Shown here piece after piece: positions 58,239 through 64,000 of a DNA stretch of 64,000 nt (position 1 is its first letter; every line of letters begins with the position of its first letter). Position numbers and translations under genes: made by a program. The DNA is from Bacteriovoracia bacterium (GTDB lineage: Bacteria; Bdellovibrionota; UBA1018; JBFWNL01). The DNA is taken from NCBI GenBank assembly GCA_050251055.1, contig JBFWNL010000007.1:128001-192000 (forward strand). The letters run 5' to 3'. The notes beneath the pieces were generated by a model, which saw nothing but the letters and a program-made list of their open reading frames with translations, was not told where the DNA came from and did not search any database.

Positions 58239-59198
58239 ATGGTCCGTTTTTTCCTGGTTTTGGCGTTGTTCGTGGGGTCGATCCCGGGAGCGGAAGCGAA
58301 GTGCGGGCTCGTGGAGACCCCCTGCGGCTACCACGAGATCATTAGCAATGTGTTCGGTGCGATCCATCCCGAGCATTGGCGATCAGAGTTCGGGCAACTC
58401 GCCTCTGGTCAGTTTGAGCAAGACGGGATCGCCATTTATAGTCGGTCCTACGGCAACGTCGTTTTTTTCTCTTCGCAGACGGATGTCTATGCGTTGACTA
58501 AAAACGGTCTGTATCGATTCGACTTGGCGGGGACGGGGTTTGAGTACGGGGCCTCCGTCGCGCTCGATTTGGCTCTTGAGCGCATGCATCCCGTGGCCAG
58601 AGGTTGGGTGAGTGCCCGAGGGGAGGTTCTGAAGATGAACGACACGGATCCCCAAATTGGCCACGATTTTTCCAATGTTTCTAAGCTTGGGGTGAGGCTC
58701 GAAAACGGACAGCTTCGGTTGCAACATATTCCGGAGTCGCAGAAAAAAAGCGGGATGCTAGTTCCGTTTTTGGGTCGGGGGAAAGCTCAGGCCGAAGGGG
58801 TTGTTTCCACCCTGCTGGGGAAGCTCGTTTCCGAGTATCCGAATCGCATGGCAAAAAACCGGGAAACAATCGACCAGTATAAGAAAGCCCTAGCTGAATA
58901 CTCCGTTCAACGCGTGGCTTACGAGCAAGGGCTGGCCGTCTGGAAACAAGGGCTTCGAGACCAGGGGTTTTCCGAAGCAGAAATTGAGTCACTCTCGGAG
59001 GCTTACGACGTAGTCGATCGTCCGGTCCGCCCACTCCAGCCAGCATACCCGGCTTTAGCGATGAGTAAACGCGAGATCGTGGAAATGCTGAGGGGGTGGA
59101 CTTCGTCCGAACGCCATTTTTTCCCGGCCGCGGTTCCCAGGGCACTCTGCACCGCGCTTTCGGCGATGCGGGCGGTGAGCGATGAACCTGCCCCCTAA
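58239..59198 (+). CDS. Secreted hypothetical protein
   Basis: AAGGAG RBS; signal peptide ending AEA. Confidence 0.7.
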   Translation: MVRFFLVLALFVGSIPGAEAKCGLVETPCGYHEIISNVFGAIHPEHWRSEFGQLASGQFEQDGIAIYSRSYGNVVFFSSQTDVYALTKNGLYRFDLAGTGFEYGASVALDLALERMHPVARGWVSARGEVLKMNDTDPQIGHDFSNVSKLGVRLENGQLRLQHIPESQKKSGMLVPFLGRGKAQAEGVVSTLLGKLVSEYPNRMAKNRETIDQYKKALAEYSVQRVAYEQGLAVWKQGLRDQGFSEAEIESLSEAYDVVDRPVRPLQPAYPALAMSKREIVEMLRGWTSSERHFFPAAVPRALCTALSAMRAVSDEPAP

Positions 59199-59278
59199 TT
59201 GAAAACGCCTTGCCGAAGCGGCTTTTGGGTGAGAAAATTTTGCCTAGCTTTTCGAATATCCCAAAGGAGGGGTTAGCT

Positions 59279-59545
59279 ATGGCAGGGAAGAAAAAGAACT
59301 CGGCTTTCATGGCTCCGTTGAAACCGTCGGCCGCCTTAGGCGCGGTGGTGGGTAATGCCGCCATGCCAAGAACCCAGGTCGTGAAGAAGCTGTGGGCTTA
59401 CATCAAGAAGCACAAGCTTCAAGATAAGAAAAACAAGCGCTCCATCAACCCCGACGAAAAACTAGCGGCGGTGTTCGGCAGCAAACGCGCCATCGACATG
59501 TTTAAGATGATGGGCGCGATCAAAAAGCACCTGAAAAAAGCCTAA
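59279..59545 (+). CDS. Stand-alone SWIB/MDM2 domain protein
   Basis: PRTQVVKKLWAYIKKHKLQD...INPDEKL...IDMFKM; AGGAGG RBS before the ATG at 59279. Confidence 0.92.
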   Translation: MAGKKKNSAFMAPLKPSAALGAVVGNAAMPRTQVVKKLWAYIKKHKLQDKKNKRSINPDEKLAAVFGSKRAIDMFKMMGAIKKHLKKA

Positions 59546-59555
59546 GCGGCCCCGC

Positions 59556-60530
59556 CTATTTGGACGGCGGGGTAGGGGTCAGTTCTAGTTCGGCGATGAC
59601 GCCGTAGTGGTCCGAGAGAAGATCGTTGTCGGTTTTCATCACAATGCGTGCCGCGAGGGTTTTCCAATGACCGGCATCGCCTTTTGCGTCCCGCACGAAG
59701 ACGTGGTCCACCGTTTGGTTCGGGCCATTGGGGTATTCTCCTTCGATGACGTAGCGATTCGTGCTCGAGTCCCACGTCGCATCGTAACGCCCGTTGACTT
59801 CGGAATAGACCGCGCGGACGCCCAGGCCGGAAACCAGGGATTCGAAAACCGTTTTTCCGAATTCCGGTCCGCAGTTGAAATCGCCCATGCTCAGTAAGGG
59901 GACGGCACCTTCCAAGCTGGCCGTTTTATGGTGCTCGGTCAGCTGTTGAATTTGTTTTAAAAGGTGCTCTTTCGCGTCGGGATCTTCGACGCTACCGTCC
60001 TTCCCGTCTAGGTTTTGGGTATGCACGGTGGTGAAAACAAAGCTTTCTTCTTGCGGCTGTCCCGATTTTGTTTTCAGTTTCATCGACACGATGCCTTTGC
60101 GAGCCAGTTTTTGTGCCGAGCTCGCACTCGTGAACGGGATGCGCGCGATGGAGTCCGCCGTTAAATTTCGGTAAGCGACCATCATCCCGCTTCCCATCAG
60201 GGTCAGGGTCGGGAAGTCACCGGTGGGTTTTAGGTCGTCCACCAAGATGATTTCGAAACCTTGCGCTTTCAAAGCTTTTGCGATCGCGGCCTGGTGGGAG
60301 GAGTCCCAAACTTCCTGCAATGAAATGAGATCGAGCTTTTCCCGTTCCGCCAACTGGCTCAGTGCAGCAGGGAGCTTCTCCGCGCGGGCTTTCACTTTGG
60401 GTACGACATCACCTTTGAAGGTAATTCTCAGCAAACCGGCGTTGTAGGTAAGAACGCGCAGCGAAGCCGCATAGGCGGCTTGACCGCTAAAGGCGAAGGC
60501 AATCACCAACCAAATGGTCCACTTTTGCAT
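59556..60530 (-). CDS. Secreted endonuclease/exonuclease/phosphatase (sphingomyelinase-like) protein
   Basis: VLTYN, LQEVW, MGDFN, VDHVF and SDHYGV motifs; signal peptide. Confidence 0.88.
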   Translation of the reverse strand: MQKWTIWLVIAFAFSGQAAYAASLRVLTYNAGLLRITFKGDVVPKVKARAEKLPAALSQLAEREKLDLISLQEVWDSSHQAAIAKALKAQGFEIILVDDLKPTGDFPTLTLMGSGMMVAYRNLTADSIARIPFTSASSAQKLARKGIVSMKLKTKSGQPQEESFVFTTVHTQNLDGKDGSVEDPDAKEHLLKQIQQLTEHHKTASLEGAVPLLSMGDFNCGPEFGKTVFESLVSGLGVRAVYSEVNGRYDATWDSSTNRYVIEGEYPNGPNQTVDHVFVRDAKGDAGHWKTLAARIVMKTDNDLLSDHYGVIAELELTPTPPSK

Positions 60531-60742
60531 GGGCTACTGAATAGCATGGTGGGTCCAAATAACAAACCATTTTAATCAGATATTAAGGTGAGGTTTGAGT
60601 ACAGTTGCTTAATTAAATAAAATTAATAACTTAAGGGTGAGGTAAGATTTCGCTCCCCCCCTTTTGTAGGTGCTTCAGTTTGTGAGAAAGTGGATTTTTG
60701 AGCGCCCAGGAGCCGTCGATTAGTGATTTTTTTGGGCCGAGG

Positions 60743-61021
60743 CTAGTCGCGAATGGTGCGATTCTTATCGATCACACCATAGATGATCATCAGAAAAGCA
60801 ATCAGTCGAAATACGTAAACGAGCGCGTGATCTTCGCCCCGGGGAGCGCGCGTGGCGACGAAGAGAATGATGACCCGCTCCAGCGCCATCGTGCTGAAGG
60901 CCAGCCCGAAAATCAGAAAAAGCCGATCGCTGGTCTGTCGCCAGAATCGGAAAAAGAACAGGCCCGCTACGCCAAGCCCCATCATTACCGCCCCAGATAG
61001 AAACAGGTATAGCGCATTCAT
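60743..61021 (-). CDS. DUF5985 family small membrane protein (92 aa)
   Basis: True start MNALYLFLSG; FFFRFWRQTSDRLF...YVFRLIAFLMIIYGVIDKN; ATGA overlap. Confidence 0.82.
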   Translation of the reverse strand: MNALYLFLSGAVMMGLGVAGLFFFRFWRQTSDRLFLIFGLAFSTMALERVIILFVATRAPRGEDHALVYVFRLIAFLMIIYGVIDKNRTIRD

Positions 61022-61278
61022 GCGGTGTCCCAGACAAAACCGTAGATCAGCAATATCAATCCGCCGAAAGCGGGTAACGTTCTCCACACCGAGAGGTCCA
61101 TGTCCGGTACTAGCATGGCGTCCGCCAGAAGCAGAATGTTGTTGATCGCGAATCCGGCGAAGCAAAGGCTGCACCACAGAAGGAGTTTCACCCGGCTGCG
61201 GGAGAATTGGCGGTACAGCAGGAGCGCGCAAATGACGCTCGTGAGTCCGCACATCACGTATACGATCTCTCCGATCAT
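61018..61278 (-). CDS. DUF5985 family small membrane protein (86 aa)
   Basis: VYVMCGLTSVICALLLYR...LLLWCSLCFAGFAINNILL...LLIYGFVWD. Confidence 0.82.
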   Translation of the reverse strand: MIGEIVYVMCGLTSVICALLLYRQFSRSRVKLLLWCSLCFAGFAINNILLLADAMLVPDMDLSVWRTLPAFGGLILLIYGFVWDTA

Positions 61279-61673
61279 TTGTTTTCGTCCTTTCGATCTA
61301 CCCGGAACGCGTCCGCGAGGGTGCGGAGCGCTTCGGCGGGCTTCGAGTAGATGAGGTTGATCAAGCGATAGGGATAGGTGATGTTGTAAATTACCAACTT
61401 ATCGACCACATCCGATATTTCCTTGGTTTTAGGGGAGAAGACGTGGCGGTCGTCGTTTGGATATTTTCGCGTTAGAATACCTCGTGAATACAAATCGGAA
61501 AGCCTTCGCTCAATGGAGGCGCTGCTGCTGCGGATGACGTTCTCGATTTCCTCGGAGGTCCATTCTTTTTCCGGCGTGGCCTTTAGGAGCAGTAGGATGC
61601 TAAGCAGCTCGACCGTGTCGATATACTTCAAGACAAAATTTCGAATGTCTTCCGGAATATTGTCTTTGGTCAT
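61275..61673 (-). CDS. Conserved winged-helix-like protein
   Basis: IPEDIRNFVLKYIDTVELLSILLLL...WTSEEI...L.DL.SRGIL...ADAFR; ATGA overlap. Confidence 0.7.
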   Translation of the reverse strand: MTKDNIPEDIRNFVLKYIDTVELLSILLLLKATPEKEWTSEEIENVIRSSSASIERRLSDLYSRGILTRKYPNDDRHVFSPKTKEISDVVDKLVIYNITYPYRLINLIYSKPAEALRTLADAFRVDRKDENK

Positions 61674-61790
61674 TCTCGGGGCCGCCAGACTCGATGTTGT
61701 TTCGTGAAATTCATGTCTTCCCTTAATTCAAACGGACTAGCAGATTCCACCCCTGCCTCCAAATGGTTTTTCCAACTACGTTGCGTTTAG

Positions 61791-63572
61791 TTAAAGCACT
61801 TCGCCCCAAGGCGGGCTCACCGCGAACGCGGCGTTGATCTGTCCCACGTGCGAGTAAGCTTGGGGGAAATTACCGGCATGCAGGCGCTCGGAAGGGATAT
61901 AATGTTCGGAAAACAAGCCCAACGAGTTCGCCGCCGTCATGGCACTCTTCATTACGCCGCGAGCTTCGTCGATCTGTCCCAAGCGCCCGAGAGCCTGAAT
62001 GAGCCAAAATGTGCAAATCAAGAAAGCCGATTTCGGCTGTCCAAAGTCGTCTTTTCTTAGGTACCTATAGAGAAAACCGTCAGCCTGGGCATCGCCGCCA
62101 AACTTGAGTTGTTGCCAAATTAGCTCAGTCGTCTTTCGGCAAAGCTCTGGGTCGGGGAACCGTAGATTCGTCAGTTGAAGCAAGGAAGCGTCGAGGCTCT
62201 CATCCTTGGGGCCGTTGCGCAAAGCGCCGCCCTTGACGGCCGCGCGTATCGCGCGTTCGGCAGTTTCCCGGCTGGCAGATAGGTCTAGTCCGACGGATTT
62301 AAGAAAGCCCTGGGACTGAACCCGTTCCATGCGGTCGAGCGCGGCCCAGCACATCAGATTGGAAAACGAATGTTCTTGCCAGCCGTCCCGGAATTCCCAC
62401 AGTCCCGCATCGGGCTGGGAAATGTTTTTCACGCACAAGCGAGCGAGATGCTCGAGCAAGCGCTCGTGTTCCTTGCTGCGAAGGTGATGGAATCTTTCGT
62501 CGATGAAGATCGGCGATAAGGTGAGGGCCATTTCGCCGTAAACATCATTTTGTACGTGCTCGGCGGCTTGGTTATCGCTGCGAACCGGACGGGATCCGGC
62601 ATATCCTCCCCAAGCGGGGTGTTCGGTCTCGGGAAGGGGTAAGGATTGGTCGAGCCGGTAGACTGGGCGCAGGCGATCGCGCGAATGGTCGTGCTGTTCG
62701 GCGATATTGAGGAAGAATTTGATGAACCCTTCCATCTCTTCGAAGTGGCCTAGGTTATGGAACGCCGAAAGGGAGAAGTAGGCGTCACGAAGCCAGCAGA
62801 ATCGATAGTCCCAGTTGCGATTGCCGCCGTACTCTTCTGGCAGGCTGGTGGTCAAGGCGGCGAGTATCGCGCCCGTGTCTTCGTAACAGTGAAGCTTGAG
62901 CGTGATCGCCGAACGGATCGTTTCTTTTTGGTAGAGGCTAGGGATCGAGCAGTGCTTCACCCAGGTGGTCCAATAGTCGAGGGTTTCCTGGAGAAAACGG
63001 TGCGTAACGGTGACGAGGTCCTCCTCAATGCCGTAGCTCCAAGTCAATCCGAAGTAGAGCGGCTCTTGCAGCGTGAAAGAAGTTTCCTCGCAGAGGTAGG
63101 TGAGCGGCATGTTCGTCACCAGACGCATTGCCTCGTCCCGGATTTCAAAACGAAGATGGCTGTTGCCGCGGACGGGGCGGGCAGGTTGCTTGCTCCAACC
63201 CGTAACTGGCCGGCAGCTCACCTTAATCGACGGATTGCCTTTGATAGGTTCAACGATCCTGAAAATCGCGGCAGGTCGGTAGATTCGCCCGTGCTGGTAA
63301 AAGCGGGGACAGAAATCCGTGATCTTGAACTCACTCCCATCCTGGCACCGTATCGTGGTCGTCAAGATAGGAGTGTTCGGAATGTAAGCTTGCTGCCCCG
63401 GTGTGGCTCCGCCCGCGGAAGCCTGAATCGAAAAGTGGCCGCCTTCCTGGTCCAAGATGCGTCCAAAGATGGGAGGGCTATCGGGACGGGGCAAGCAAAG
63501 CCAATCAATAGATCCGTTTTGATTCACCAGGGCCGCGGACTGGCAGTTTCCGATCAGGCCGTACGGGTACAT
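61791..63572 (-). CDS. Glycoside hydrolase family 15 (trehalase/glucoamylase-like)
   Basis: YGLIGNC, IDWLC, TTSLPE, RNWDYRFCWLRD, DAGLWE and GNFPQAYSH motifs. Confidence 0.93.
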   Translation of the reverse strand: MYPYGLIGNCQSAALVNQNGSIDWLCLPRPDSPPIFGRILDQEGGHFSIQASAGGATPGQQAYIPNTPILTTTIRCQDGSEFKITDFCPRFYQHGRIYRPAAIFRIVEPIKGNPSIKVSCRPVTGWSKQPARPVRGNSHLRFEIRDEAMRLVTNMPLTYLCEETSFTLQEPLYFGLTWSYGIEEDLVTVTHRFLQETLDYWTTWVKHCSIPSLYQKETIRSAITLKLHCYEDTGAILAALTTSLPEEYGGNRNWDYRFCWLRDAYFSLSAFHNLGHFEEMEGFIKFFLNIAEQHDHSRDRLRPVYRLDQSLPLPETEHPAWGGYAGSRPVRSDNQAAEHVQNDVYGEMALTLSPIFIDERFHHLRSKEHERLLEHLARLCVKNISQPDAGLWEFRDGWQEHSFSNLMCWAALDRMERVQSQGFLKSVGLDLSASRETAERAIRAAVKGGALRNGPKDESLDASLLQLTNLRFPDPELCRKTTELIWQQLKFGGDAQADGFLYRYLRKDDFGQPKSAFLICTFWLIQALGRLGQIDEARGVMKSAMTAANSLGLFSEHYIPSERLHAGNFPQAYSHVGQINAAFAVSPPWGEVL

Positions 63573-63619
63573 GAAAAGAGTATATTTTTATTTGCTATCA
63601 AAGTAAAGTGCGTAAATTC

Positions 63620-64000
63620 ATGCGCCTCTCATTAAGATTCATTGTTCCGTTGTTGATCGCCTTGGGTTTGTTCGGTTACGGGGTCGCTCCGCTGATTGAT
63701 TCCCTCACGTTGAAGTGGTTCGTGCGGGATCTCGACATCCGCACGAAGCTCATCGCGAGCACCATGCGGGATTCGATCGTGGCCGCGCAGGAAAACGCGG
63801 AAACGGGCAAGCGTGCCCAGCGCCTGCTCGAACGGGTGGTGCAAGACGAGCGTTTGTTCGCGCTCGGGTTTTGTGATTCCGAAAATCGCCTGGTCACGAA
63901 GACGCAAACCTTTCCCGCCGCTATTCCTTGCGAGGGTCCGGATAGCGAGGGCGGTCCACATAGCCGGATCATTCAGCTTCCCCAGGGCCCTTTGCATCTC
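63620..64000 (+). CDS. Probable N-terminus of a membrane-anchored trehalose-6-phosphate synthase (runs off the window)
   Basis: Not in the ORF track. Read by hand: MRLSLRFIVPLLIALGLFGYGVAPLIDSLTLKWFVRDLDIRTKLIA..., open to the window end. Resembles the N-terminal extension of long OtsA proteins and is divergent from GH15. The catalytic domain is not visible. Confidence 0.6.
   Translation, partial: MRLSLRFIVPLLIALGLFGYGVAPLIDSLTLKWFVRDLDIRTKLIASTMRDSIVAAQENAETGKRAQRLLERVVQDERLFALGFCDSENRLVTKTQTFPAAIPCEGPDSEGGPHSRIIQLPQGPLHL

Noticed and set aside
59279-59545. SWIB domain as a eukaryotic chromatin gene transfer
   Set aside because: Stand-alone SWIB proteins are already known and widespread in bacteria
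61022-61252. N-terminal extension of the 60743-61252 ORF in the track
   Set aside because: It overlaps the other DUF5985 gene out of frame; the ATG at 61021 with ATGA coupling is the better start

Overview
A 64-kb, GC-rich bacterial chromosomal segment. Hand counts of sample lines in core genes give roughly 60% GC. TIGR02147, long pilin-fibre and secreted Cys-rich lipoproteins, many secreted hydrolases, a Dpp importer and a nucleotide-transporter homologue suggest a Bdellovibrionota/Oligoflexia-like, possibly predatory organism (inference). Core genes: hisS, dut, map, lepB, tRNA-Arg(UCG), oxyR/ahpC-ahpD-dps with a recognisable OxyR operator, dppABCDF, tolC-macA-macB, a CDF metal exporter, and a GH15 hydrolase divergent from a probable trehalose-6-phosphate synthase. 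The most unusual block is 38.1-45.0 kb. It is a lower-GC segment where a 300-bp spacer of about 16% GC separates a 742-aa prepilin-fibre fusion and a dockerin/beta-helix lipoprotein from a TIGR02147 HTH-like protein and two lipoproteins. Other candidate uncharacterised systems are a diheme lipoprotein-DUF1501 operon, a coupled wHTH plus two DUF5985 membrane proteins, a sigma54-driven beta-barrel plus 1337-aa metzincin, an orphan secretin N-domain protein and a 32-bp-arm intergenic inverted repeat. A LysR gene is broken by an apparent deletion and frameshift. I saw no CRISPR array, integrase, transposase or prophage. All family assignments come from motif recognition by eye, not from database searches.
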